The position numbers were made by a program, and so were the translations under genes. Shown here in pieces: positions 18,126 to 27,422 of a stretch of DNA of 57,434 bases (position 1 is the stretch's first letter; each line of letters starts with the position of its first letter). This DNA comes from an uncultured Bdellovibrionales bacterium (GTDB taxonomy: Bacteria; Bdellovibrionota_C; UBA2361; JBGSMV01). The stretch covers positions 1-57,434 of the forward strand of contig CAZVWV010000003.1 of the NCBI GenBank assembly GCA_964631745.1, read 5' to 3'. Under the pieces are notes generated by a model, which was not told the DNA's origin, made no database searches, and saw only the letters and a program-made list of their open reading frames with translations.

Positions 18126-19501
18126 TCGGTTTACAGTATGGTGACGAAGGCAAGGCTCGCATCGTGGATTCCCTTGCGGATCAATATGATATTGTGGCGA
18201 GGTTTAACGGAGGCGCCAATGCCGGCCACACGGTCCAGTCTAAAGGTGTAAAGCTAGCGCTGGCGCAGATTCCCTGTGGTGTGTTGCATGGTGACAAAAT
18301 TCTCTATATCGGATCGGGGTGCTTACTCTCTCTTAAAAAGCTGAAGGATGAACTGGATGCTTTGAGCGCAATCGGCATCGACCTGGAAGGACGCTTCTTG
18401 ATCTCGCCGTTTTGCTCGGTGGTGCAACCACACCAGATTGCGCTGGATCTATTGGATGCCGCTCACCTGGGCACTACAGGCAATGGAATGGGTCCGGCAT
18501 ACGCCGATCGAGCTAGGCGGGCTTACCAAGGCTGTTTACTCAATATCCGATTTGGCGAACTCTTATCTAAGCAAGATAAAATGCTCGCCCAAATGCGGGC
18601 CAACTGGCACCAGCATGCCAATAGTTTGGAGACGCTCGAGTTTGATCTCCCAAGTTATATTGAGCAAACCGCCGAAACCTTAGAGGCGCTAAATAAATAT
18701 GTGGCTCCGCACGGTTTGTATTTGCAGGAGCAGTTGCAGAAGGGAGCCAGGGTTGTTTTTGAGGGCGCACAAAGTGTGATGTTGGATGTCGCGCGCGGTA
18801 CCGTTCCGTATGTTACTGCAAGCCATACATTTCCCAGCTACGCCTGTTGTGGAGGGGATGTTTCCCCGAAATTTTGTCGAAAGATTATTGGGGTCGCCAA
18901 GGCGATCATGTCCAGGGTCGGCCACGGGCCATTCCCCTCCGAGCTTGGCGGAAGACGCTCTGAAGAGTACTGCATGCTGGATGCCGGCAAATTCAATACC
19001 AGAGAGAAGGAGAGCCTCCAATACAATCCCCGGGAACTACTGCAAAGAGAAGGCGATTTTGAATTGGGGATAGCGCTCAGAATGCTTTGCGGTGAGTACG
19101 GGACCAAAACCGGACGGCCCCGCAGAATAGGGATGCTTGACTTAGTGCAGCTGCGTTACGCGGTGAATGCTTGCAGTGTTGATCAATTATTTTTAAATCG
19201 CTGTGATTTATTACCTCTTTTTAGCAAGAGCCAGTACGAGGCCGTTCCAGTCGTAACGGCATACTCCTCAGCGCAAAATAGCATCGGAACCGGAGAGGCG
19301 GAGTTATTCTCTTACACGGATGCCACTAACTCTGTAGAGTTATTTGAATCCTTCGACATAAACGAGTTGTCAAAGCACAGCTTGCCTGAAGGCTTACAGG
19401 CATTGGTGAATCGCATTGAAGTTTTTTGTGGGTGTTCTGCTCGAGGTCTTGGAATTGGCCCAGATCGTGAAGAGATCCATTGGCGCTCGTCTGTTTGCTA
19501 G
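18098..19501 (+). CDS. purA: Adenylosuccinate synthetase, atypical clade
   Basis: GLQYGDEGK, GGANAGHT, GTTGNGMGPAY, EGAQ, GPFPSEL, EYGTKTGRPRR, GPDRE. Confidence 0.9.
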   Translation: MANGFYDVVVGLQYGDEGKARIVDSLADQYDIVARFNGGANAGHTVQSKGVKLALAQIPCGVLHGDKILYIGSGCLLSLKKLKDELDALSAIGIDLEGRFLISPFCSVVQPHQIALDLLDAAHLGTTGNGMGPAYADRARRAYQGCLLNIRFGELLSKQDKMLAQMRANWHQHANSLETLEFDLPSYIEQTAETLEALNKYVAPHGLYLQEQLQKGARVVFEGAQSVMLDVARGTVPYVTASHTFPSYACCGGDVSPKFCRKIIGVAKAIMSRVGHGPFPSELGGRRSEEYCMLDAGKFNTREKESLQYNPRELLQREGDFELGIALRMLCGEYGTKTGRPRRIGMLDLVQLRYAVNACSVDQLFLNRCDLLPLFSKSQYEAVPVVTAYSSAQNSIGTGEAELFSYTDATNSVELFESFDINELSKHSLPEGLQALVNRIEVFCGCSARGLGIGPDREEIHWRSSVC

Positions 19502-19508
19502 CGATGAA

Positions 19509-21191
19509 TTAGCACGCTATTGGTAGCTGATAAAGGCCAGCGCATCGGCCAAGAAAGTTTACATAATCATCAGTCTTGACCATCATGTTAGTAACTCCAT
19601 CCAAAATGGCAGGATTCTGGACTAATGCCAGCCAGGCGTCCCGTACGGCAATATCGAGCGCTTTTGCGCGTGCGTCCGAAAACGACTTATGCGCAAAAAG
19701 AAAGCTTTCCTTTCTGTAAGGTGCATCATCATTTGCTGTAACTACGGTACAGCTGTTATACAGCTCGCTAAACCGGCAATTTGGGAAACAAACGATGCCT
19801 CTTAAATCCGGATCTCCACTCGAAAGCGCTTTAGTAACTTCGTCTGCTTCCATATGTCGAATGGCTAAGCGCCGCTTATCAACCAGCTGTTGATCGATAA
19901 GTTCCTCAAGCACGAAAGCAGCCGTTGCGGGGGGATCCGATAGTAGCAGATATTCTCCATAGCTGTACGGCTTAGTGCGGGATTTTATGGCGTTGTTGGG
20001 TACGATCGTTTTGTGACCAACTTTGGGAAAGCCCATCAGAGAATAGTAGGGCACTTTGCCTCTGCGGCCCAGCACCATACCCGCGGATGGAAGCGTCAGC
20101 ACGCAGGCATCCGGCAAATCGGTTAGCTCGTTATTAGCCAGGCGTTGAAAGATCTCTACGGAATGAGAGAACTTGTAACGAATTTCTAGATTATAACCTT
20201 GATAATGTTTCAAATAAAGAAATACTGCGATCGCCCCAACGAAGGTCGGAGGAATTGCTACAACGATAGGACGGTCGGCCGTGAGAAGACGTCTCAAATG
20301 AAGCTCATCATAGGAACTTCCAAGTCGATTGGCGCCGATCAGGTGAGAATCGATCTCGCTTACAAGCGTTGTTCTGGTTCCTGCCATCTTGACGAATGTC
20401 TTATTACGACTAATCTTTCGAATCGTCCGCTCATACTGACTGCGATCGAAAATTTCAGTATGTCTTAAGGAACTAAGAATCTCGGAGCGGAAGGCCAGGC
20501 GCATTTTATCTTTGACTGTCTTTAGAAATGTTTTTGAAACAAAAATATTGTTATTGTCATCAGGTTTGGCGATAGGTAGGAAAGGCCCCGGCGCTCGTTC
20601 GCTTGTTGAGGTAAAGCGGCAATTAGTTGCGGGGCTAGGTACGCGGTTCAATCGATTTGCCTCACTCTCTTGTTCGATAAGTAGAGCCATATGCGCAATG
20701 CTGCGTGCATCGGAAATAGGGCGATCGTCTAAGTAAACCCGGATTTCATCTCTTAAAAGCAATTTTTGATTAACCCATATAATTACCGGTCCGACTCTCT
20801 TTCGCTCCGGATTTTGTCGTTTGAAGAGTCGCTTAATCATCGGGGTCCCGCATTTCAGTGTACCGAACATATCGGCAAGCCAACGGGTCTGTTTGCTAAT
20901 GGCATAATCAAGTGACGACGCTGGAGAAGCCGCTTCTCCAGCTATCTGCCCTATGGTTTCCAGTGAGATGGACTCCTCCGAAAGATCGCCCTGCATGGCG
21001 GCTGTTCTCAAAAGTAGTGTCGCCAAGGCTTGCACCGCTGGCGTCCATTGGAATGTGCAATCATTCTTCAGGGAAGAGAAACCCTTTCCGCGCGTTGCAT
21101 AGCGCGACTTTTCGAGAGCAGGATGTTGAAATTTTGTTGCCTGAAGTTCAGGGCGTAAAGCATTTGCAAACCACAGGCTCAATTGAGTCAT
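19509..21191 (-). CDS. Hypothetical 560-aa protein, possible regulator with C-terminal PBP2-like ligand-binding domain
   Basis: Long ORF; basic N-terminal domain, low-complexity linker, alpha/beta C-terminus; no certain family. Confidence 0.7.
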   Translation of the reverse strand: MTQLSLWFANALRPELQATKFQHPALEKSRYATRGKGFSSLKNDCTFQWTPAVQALATLLLRTAAMQGDLSEESISLETIGQIAGEAASPASSLDYAISKQTRWLADMFGTLKCGTPMIKRLFKRQNPERKRVGPVIIWVNQKLLLRDEIRVYLDDRPISDARSIAHMALLIEQESEANRLNRVPSPATNCRFTSTSERAPGPFLPIAKPDDNNNIFVSKTFLKTVKDKMRLAFRSEILSSLRHTEIFDRSQYERTIRKISRNKTFVKMAGTRTTLVSEIDSHLIGANRLGSSYDELHLRRLLTADRPIVVAIPPTFVGAIAVFLYLKHYQGYNLEIRYKFSHSVEIFQRLANNELTDLPDACVLTLPSAGMVLGRRGKVPYYSLMGFPKVGHKTIVPNNAIKSRTKPYSYGEYLLLSDPPATAAFVLEELIDQQLVDKRRLAIRHMEADEVTKALSSGDPDLRGIVCFPNCRFSELYNSCTVVTANDDAPYRKESFLFAHKSFSDARAKALDIAVRDAWLALVQNPAILDGVTNMMVKTDDYVNFLGRCAGLYQLPIAC

Positions 21192-21270
21192 TTAGCACTT
21201 TGACAAATATGCCTTGTTGGCCGGGCCTAAAGAAGCACGCCGACGAAAACAGTCACCCTGACGAAAAAAA

Positions 21271-21873
21271 TTATGGAATCAATCCCGACCGCAAGCTTTC
21301 TCCAAAATCATTGTTATCCAAAGCGACTGCCTCGTAACTAGTATTTGGGTTAGGTTGAAATCGGTCCCGAATCTCTCTTGCACGATACTTGATTCTCTGG
21401 GAGACGTCGTCTGGCGCGCCCGCCAAGAAATTAAACACGTGCTGACAAAAGGGAAGGATTCGACCCCCAAAATGTGAAATAAGTTCAAGACCATCAATTG
21501 CTGCAACATCACCTATATATGAAATTGGGATACTTAACATGGCGGCCACGCCCCGACCAATATTGCCTACAAACTGTTCCCCGATAGGACGCCCTAGCTT
21601 TTCAAAAGTATTATCAAGTTCAAGAATAGCGCGCGCGCAAACCGCACGAGAAATTTGGTCGCTGTCCCGTTCCCCCATTACGCGAATGAGAAGAGCTGAC
21701 AGTAGCTCCAAGCCTTCGGTGGGTAAGGTAAGTTCTCTTACAAGCCCGCGAACATTATCGATCTGAGTTGTTCCTAAGATTTGACTAAACGCACCGCTTA
21801 TAGCTGGCGTAATAAGACCAGCGGGAACTTCAATAAGTGATTGATTTCCTAAAACTGGAAGGGGGTTCTGCAT
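21271..21873 (-). CDS. Hypothetical protein (200 aa)
   Basis: ATG ORF co-oriented with the 560-aa gene; no motif recognised. Confidence 0.6.
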   Translation of the reverse strand: MQNPLPVLGNQSLIEVPAGLITPAISGAFSQILGTTQIDNVRGLVRELTLPTEGLELLSALLIRVMGERDSDQISRAVCARAILELDNTFEKLGRPIGEQFVGNIGRGVAAMLSIPISYIGDVAAIDGLELISHFGGRILPFCQHVFNFLAGAPDDVSQRIKYRAREIRDRFQPNPNTSYEAVALDNNDFGESLRSGLIP

Positions 21874-22090
21874 GAATGCACGTTTAAAGAGCCCTAGTCG
21901 TTAGAGAAGTGCGATAATTTACCGATTTTTGATTTCAGAGTCAAAGGAAAAGGGTGGACGAGAGAATCTTTAGTTTCATGGTAACCGAACGGTTACGATT
22001 TATGCGGATTGCAAACTATTTTTAGATTGACTTTGTTAAGCCTCATTTGCATAATAGGCTCCATTTTATTTCGAGCTTTGGCTAATTTAT

Positions 22091-24580
22091 ATGACGATTA
22101 GCGATTCACGGGATGTGCCCATCCGATTTGCGGTCGTGTGTGGCGGGCCGTCTGGAGAGCGTGGCATTTCATTAAATAGCGCCCGGTCGGTTCTCGATCA
22201 TATTGGTCAACATTTCCCTGATCTCTCCCTCTTCTATTTCGATAGCCATCTAAACGCTTATTTAATCTCTGCTGAGCACGCCTATTCCAATACGCCTGAT
22301 GATTTCGATTTTAGACTGCAATCAGGTGAATTTGCTTCGCCGCTCTCGGCAGAAGAATTCGTGAATGAGATTCGACGGCATGATTTAGTCTTCCCTGTAA
22401 TTCATGGAGCATTCGGCGAAGATGGTGGTTTGCCTGCATTGCTCGAACGCGCTGGTATCGCTTATGTCGGTGCAGATCCCCAGGGTTGTATTAATGCGTT
22501 TGACAAAGCCAGAGCCAAGAGTTTGATCAGCAAGGCCGGGCTATTAACTTTGCCGTGGATAGTAGTCGAGAGCGATGAAATCGGGAAAAATGAAAACGGA
22601 GGAAAGTCGAGCACTGGCTTGACGCACACGGCCTTGGCGCGCATTCAAGCGTTTTTTGAGCAACAGCGCACGGAGAGATATATTGTAAAACCAAGTCGCG
22701 GTGGGTCAAGCTTTGGAGTGCAAGTCGTAAGTTCAGCTGATGAGGCGGCCAACGCAGCCGCAAAAATATTTTCACAGGGATATTACCAAACAGCCATTAT
22801 AGAGCCACTGTGTACAGGGACAGAATTCACCGTTGTGGTTATGCAAAATGTTGTAGGCCAGCCTGTAGCGTTGCTTCCAATCGAAGTTGAAAAGCCCACG
22901 GGTCATGAGATTTTTGATTATCGCTTAAAATATCTTCCCAGTACCGAGGTGGCTTATCATTGTCCGCCCCGTTTCGAAGTTGCGGTTACGGAACAGATTC
23001 GTTCAGGTGGCGAACAGATTTTTAGCCTTCTAGGTTTACGCGATTATGCGCGCATTGACGGATGGCTGCATAACGGTGAGATCTATTGGTCGGATTTTAA
23101 CCCTATCAGTGGTCTTGAACAGAATAGTTTTTTCTTTATACAAGCAGCTAGAGTTGGCTTGAGTCATCGACAGGCTTTAACGCTATTGGTATCGAGCGCG
23201 GCTAACCGAAGCGGCCTTGCGCTCTTACCTGGTTTGGGTTCTATCGAGTTAGAAGTCGCTAAGCGGAAACAGAAGGTGGCAGTTTTGTTTGGCGGAAACA
23301 CTGCTGAGCGCCAGGTATCGGTCATGAGTGGCACTAACGTCTGGCTAAAATTGAAGAGTTCGGATCGCTTTGAACCTATCCCTTATCTGCTTGATCGTGA
23401 TGGCACTATTTTTGAGGTGCCCTACCCGTTTTGTTTGTATCATACGGTCGAAGAGATATCCGCCGCCTGTCGTAGCGCTTTGCAGAGGGAAGACGCCTCG
23501 ATGGAGTTAGAGATCTTTAAACTTAGAGAGCAGCTTCGTTGTCCGAGCAGCGGCTTCTCATCGCTTATTCCGCGGCCTACCAGTTTGGAAGAGATCGCGG
23601 CAAACCATGACTTCGTATTTCTTGGCTTGCATGGCGGTGCGGGCGAGGATGGGACTATTCAGCTGGAACTTGAGAGGCTTGGAGTCGCATATAATGGAAG
23701 TGGTCCGAGTAGCTCAGAACTTTGTATGGATAAATATGCCCTAGGTTTGCTCGTCGATAGAGCTAATCTTCCTGGCGTTTCAACCGCTGAAAAGTATCTT
23801 CTGGACTTAAATCAGCTTGATAATTTAAGTACCTCCGAACTTTGGGGGATGCTTCAGAGAAAACTTAGTGGTCCTTCCGTATTGGTGAAACCCCGCGCCG
23901 ATGGGTGTTCCTGTGGCGTGGCTGTACTTCATTCGGTTGCTGATTTGGCGAATTATCTTACCGCGATCGAACGTCAGCTTGAACATATTCCTCCGCATAC
24001 ATTAACCGATCAGCCGAATCCGATTGAATTGCCGAGTTCTAAGTCGTCGCAACTGCTTTTTGAAAGATTCGTTGTCACGGATCGTGTTGCGGTGCGGGAC
24101 GGTGTCTTAGATTGGGAGCACCGCTCAGGTTGGATTGAGCTAACAGTCGGAATATTGGGGTCGGGGAGAGATCTTAAAGCTTTAGATCCAAGTTTGACGG
24201 TTGCAAGTGCTGGTATCCTATCACTAGAAGAGAAATTTCAAGGCGGGACAGGCATTAATATTACCCCGCCGCCAAGTGAACACATAAATCCTCAGATATT
24301 GGAGCTTATAAAAACAAGGGTCGCGCAAGTTGCAGTGCTGGCTGGCGTCGAGGGATACGCCCGCATGGATATCTTTGCGAATGCAACCTCAGGGGAAATT
24401 ATAGTAATTGAGATTAACACCTTGCCTGGTCTTACCCCGTCCACGGTACTGTTTCAGCAGGCGCTTGCAGACCGCGCCTTCAAAAGGCCAGTAGATTTTC
24501 TTGAGGCCCTTATCGATTTGGGTATGGCTGCTCGACGTGAGCGTGGCGACTTGCAGAGTCCGGAAGCGTACAACAGCTGA
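22091..24580 (+). CDS. ddl: D-alanine--D-alanine ligase with two tandem ATP-grasp units
   Basis: GGPSGERGISLNS / HGAFGEDG / VKPSRGGSS / FDYRLKY / ARIDG, then GGNTAERQVS / LHGGAGEDG / VKPRADGCS / ARMD / EINTLPGLT. Confidence 0.88.
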   Translation: MTISDSRDVPIRFAVVCGGPSGERGISLNSARSVLDHIGQHFPDLSLFYFDSHLNAYLISAEHAYSNTPDDFDFRLQSGEFASPLSAEEFVNEIRRHDLVFPVIHGAFGEDGGLPALLERAGIAYVGADPQGCINAFDKARAKSLISKAGLLTLPWIVVESDEIGKNENGGKSSTGLTHTALARIQAFFEQQRTERYIVKPSRGGSSFGVQVVSSADEAANAAAKIFSQGYYQTAIIEPLCTGTEFTVVVMQNVVGQPVALLPIEVEKPTGHEIFDYRLKYLPSTEVAYHCPPRFEVAVTEQIRSGGEQIFSLLGLRDYARIDGWLHNGEIYWSDFNPISGLEQNSFFFIQAARVGLSHRQALTLLVSSAANRSGLALLPGLGSIELEVAKRKQKVAVLFGGNTAERQVSVMSGTNVWLKLKSSDRFEPIPYLLDRDGTIFEVPYPFCLYHTVEEISAACRSALQREDASMELEIFKLREQLRCPSSGFSSLIPRPTSLEEIAANHDFVFLGLHGGAGEDGTIQLELERLGVAYNGSGPSSSELCMDKYALGLLVDRANLPGVSTAEKYLLDLNQLDNLSTSELWGMLQRKLSGPSVLVKPRADGCSCGVAVLHSVADLANYLTAIERQLEHIPPHTLTDQPNPIELPSSKSSQLLFERFVVTDRVAVRDGVLDWEHRSGWIELTVGILGSGRDLKALDPSLTVASAGILSLEEKFQGGTGINITPPPSEHINPQILELIKTRVAQVAVLAGVEGYARMDIFANATSGEIIVIEINTLPGLTPSTVLFQQALADRAFKRPVDFLEALIDLGMAARRERGDLQSPEAYNS

Positions 24581-24784
24581 ATTGGGATCTAGCTCTGCGC
24601 GCCATGGCGGCCGATGGGCTCAGGGATATTGCTGTGGTGTATACGGGGAAGTAAACTTTTGGGTTCTCCAGGGCTTTCTATTTAGCTTTAAGAAAAGTAT
24701 TTGCGAAGAGTCCCTGAGGAATTTCTGGTACTCTTTTGGCCCTTCATTCGGGCTGTAAATAAAATCTGCTCTTCCCATCACTAC

Positions 24785-26131
24785 TTAAAGTGGCTCACTA
24801 TCCAAGCTCCCAGCGGCAAAAATGGGCCAGCGTCTATTTAGTTTGCCATCTGTCGCGGGTTTTGGTGCGACAACCGTTTTGCCTGCGAGAATAATTGTAT
24901 GGGCTGGCTTATAGCGTTCCCGATAAATACTTAAGCTACGACTACGGGCGTTAGTACTTGATTTTACTTCTAGCGGAATCAGTTCGCTGGCACGCTCTAG
25001 AACGAATTCAATTTCCGACTCGCCCTCGTGCCAAGCTTTTGGGACTGAAGCGCCAGCCGAAAGTAACTCCAAAAGTACGTAATTTTCTGCGTAGAAGCCC
25101 TTGTACATATTGTCCCCCCAAGCGAAAATCTGTTGCGGTTCAAAACCAGAAAGATGGCGCAGCATTCCAAGATCAAACAGATAAAGTTTAAAGCGATTGT
25201 CTTTGCAATACGCACTCAACGGCGACAGGGCCTTTTCGGCTATATATACTTGGTGAATGAGTCCAGCTCGAGTAAGCCATTCAATTGGGCCACGTAGCTC
25301 ATCGAAGCTTTTCTTCCCTGAGATTACTTGTTTGAACTGAAATTTCTTGGCGCTGCCGTCAATTGCGCGAGCCAGCTGTGCGGGTATGTTTCTAAAAACA
25401 GTCTCTATATGCATGGCGCTTTCACTGCCACTATGTTTGGCTATGTCAGCAAGATAATCCTTGTAGATCCTTTCTTGAGTAGTCTTAATGTTTTGAATTT
25501 TTTCCAGCTTGCTCGGACCTGTAAGCCAAGCGACGACCGAATCTGGCAACCCACCGCAACAAAAGTAATCTAACATTAAGGACCACAATTGCTCGGTTAA
25601 ATAGGGGGAAGGGGGAGTCGCGGTGGCAATATTCCTGACTGATTCATAAAGGTCCAATTCATTGTGCGCAAGTAGAAATTCAAAGAATGATATCGGATAG
25701 AGAGTAACGCGATCGACTTGTCCAACTGGGAACGAGCCCTTGCTGAGAGAAATTCCCAGTAATGACCCGGCACAGGCCACAAAACTCCCTTTTAGATCTT
25801 CAGAGAAATACTTAAGTGAGGTTAAGGCCCGATCGCATTGTTGAATTTCGTCAAAAATTATAAGTGATTTATTAGGGTCAATCTTTTGCTGTATTTTAAT
25901 CCCAAGTTCAACAAGTATGTGCTTTGGGTCAAGTGTGCCCGAAAAGATAAGGGCGAGATCCGAGTCCCGTTCAAAATTAAAGTAGTGGCATGACTCAAAA
26001 TGTTCATTTCCGAATTTTTTAAGCAGCGCGGTTTTACCGACTTGTCTAGCTCCCTCCACTAACAAAGGTCTTCTATCTGGGTTTTTTGACCACGTTATGA
26101 GCTTATTTATAAGCGTTCGCTCTAAAAACAT
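24785..26131 (-). CDS. AAA+ ATPase with DUF4143, copy 2
   Basis: GARQVGKT, IFDEIQ, AGS, GGLP, KLYLFDLG, EIEF...LEVKS. Confidence 0.88.
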   Translation of the reverse strand: MFLERTLINKLITWSKNPDRRPLLVEGARQVGKTALLKKFGNEHFESCHYFNFERDSDLALIFSGTLDPKHILVELGIKIQQKIDPNKSLIIFDEIQQCDRALTSLKYFSEDLKGSFVACAGSLLGISLSKGSFPVGQVDRVTLYPISFFEFLLAHNELDLYESVRNIATATPPSPYLTEQLWSLMLDYFCCGGLPDSVVAWLTGPSKLEKIQNIKTTQERIYKDYLADIAKHSGSESAMHIETVFRNIPAQLARAIDGSAKKFQFKQVISGKKSFDELRGPIEWLTRAGLIHQVYIAEKALSPLSAYCKDNRFKLYLFDLGMLRHLSGFEPQQIFAWGDNMYKGFYAENYVLLELLSAGASVPKAWHEGESEIEFVLERASELIPLEVKSSTNARSRSLSIYRERYKPAHTIILAGKTVVAPKPATDGKLNRRWPIFAAGSLDSEPL

Positions 26132-26189
26132 AAAAATGTAGCAATGTTATATGGTTAGCTGGATCGAACCAATTTTATATAGAATCTCA

Positions 26190-26238
26190 CCGACTTTCAA
26201 GGCCCTATTTTTCGGAAATTTCCGACTTTTAGGGCCCT
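26190..26238. promoter_or_regulatory. Two 17-bp direct repeats with 32-bp period upstream of AAA copy 2
   Basis: CCGACTTTCAAGGCCCT (26190-26206) and CCGACTTTTAGGGCCCT (26222-26238), 15/17 identical. Confidence 0.5.
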
Positions 26239-26497
26239 TAAACTTCGAATGAGCAGTTGGATTGGCTGCGGTGTCGAAATGCGCCAAACTGTGGGCCCTC
26301 GGCATCACGGTCGGGAAGTAAAGTTTTTCATGCGGGAATGATGCAGGAAAATTGCTGGAATTCTTGAACGCCGGGTTTTAGCAGATGGCACGGCACATAA
26401 TCGCCTGGGGCGTGACAAGTATTCGAGAAAAGCCTCTGAGACTTTCCTGGCGACTTTCCTGGCAGCGCGAAGTTACTCGTCGCTATCCCACTCGCCT

Positions 26498-26926
26498 CGT
26501 AGATCATCTAAGCGTGGCCAACGCAAGTCTGCTCAGTAATCGGGGCTGTACATGGTAGGGCCTTGTCTGATATTTCGGAGCGCAGGCGACTCGCCTGCCG
26601 ATGCCACGAAGCGGCATGGCGTGTTAGGCCGATAGGCAGCAATGGGGCGAACTGGTGGTGGCTGCCGCCCTAACGAGCAGTGCTTTTATGACCACCGGCC
26701 GACGAATCGTCCGTAAATCATCTAATGCTTGACCAACGCAAGTCTGCTCAGTAATCGGGGCTGTACATGGTAGGGCCTTGTCTGATATTTCGGAGCGCAG
26801 GCGACTCGCCTGCCGATGCCACGAAGCGGCATGGCGTGTTAGGCCGATAGGCAGCAATGGGGCGAACTGGTGGTGGCTGCCGCCCTAACGAGCAGTGCTT
26901 TTATGACCACCGGCCGACGAATCGTC
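26498..26926. repeat. Tandem duplication of a ~215-bp intergenic unit
   Basis: 26518-26711 is identical to 26733-26926 (194 bp); the leading ~20 bp of each unit is similar but diverged. Confidence 0.92.
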
Positions 26927-26999
26927 GGCGCTCCATAATACCCGTGCTATCTATCTATATATATTCTTTCTTCAAGCCGCGCGGCCGAGAAACTCAGCG

Positions 27000-27413
27000 C
27001 TAACGCTTAGGTTTCGGTGGTTCGTATTTCGATGGGCACTGTGTGAGCAGCTTTGCGGCTATTAACTGTCCGTTGCTCCACTCACCGTCAATGATCACGT
27101 CCCGTCCGGCGGCGAACATGTCGGGGCGTAGGCCTTCGTAAACGACCGGGATAGTTTTCGTCCCCGTGCCCTCGGGTTGGCCGGGATCGTGGATTGAAAA
27201 TTTAAGTTGGGCTTTGGGCTCTACCTGATAGTCGATGGGGAGGTTTGCGACCCGGCCGCCGACTCTGATACGGGTGCGGCCTTTGGCGTTTTCCGGTGAC
27301 AGTAAATCTGAGGGGAGCAGCACTAGGGATGTAGTTTGTTTCGTGGATTGGTACACCAAGGTCCCGCCAACTACCACAAAGATCACCAGCAATGCTGTAA
27401 ATACTCGCCCCAT
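27000..27413 (-). CDS. ccmE: Heme chaperone CcmE, CxxxY (System I*) type
   Basis: N-terminal TM, IRVGGRV, V.YEG..PDMF..G.DVI.DG, CPSKY at 27024-27038. Confidence 0.9.
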   Translation of the reverse strand: MGRVFTALLVIFVVVGGTLVYQSTKQTTSLVLLPSDLLSPENAKGRTRIRVGGRVANLPIDYQVEPKAQLKFSIHDPGQPEGTGTKTIPVVYEGLRPDMFAAGRDVIIDGEWSNGQLIAAKLLTQCPSKYEPPKPKR

Positions 27414-27422
27414 ATAGATTAC

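Noticed and set aside
18098-19501. PurZ (2-aminoadenine Z-genome pathway)
   Set aside because: The diagnostic Asp13-to-Ser change is absent (GDEGK retained), and there are no datZ/mazZ or phage genes nearby
26624-26857. Short ORFs within repeats (also 38276-38479 and 3402-3667)
   Set aside because: Products of repeat or palindromic sequence, with no SD or family motif
26498-26926. CRISPR array
   Set aside because: Two long identical units rather than short repeats with unique spacers; no cas genes
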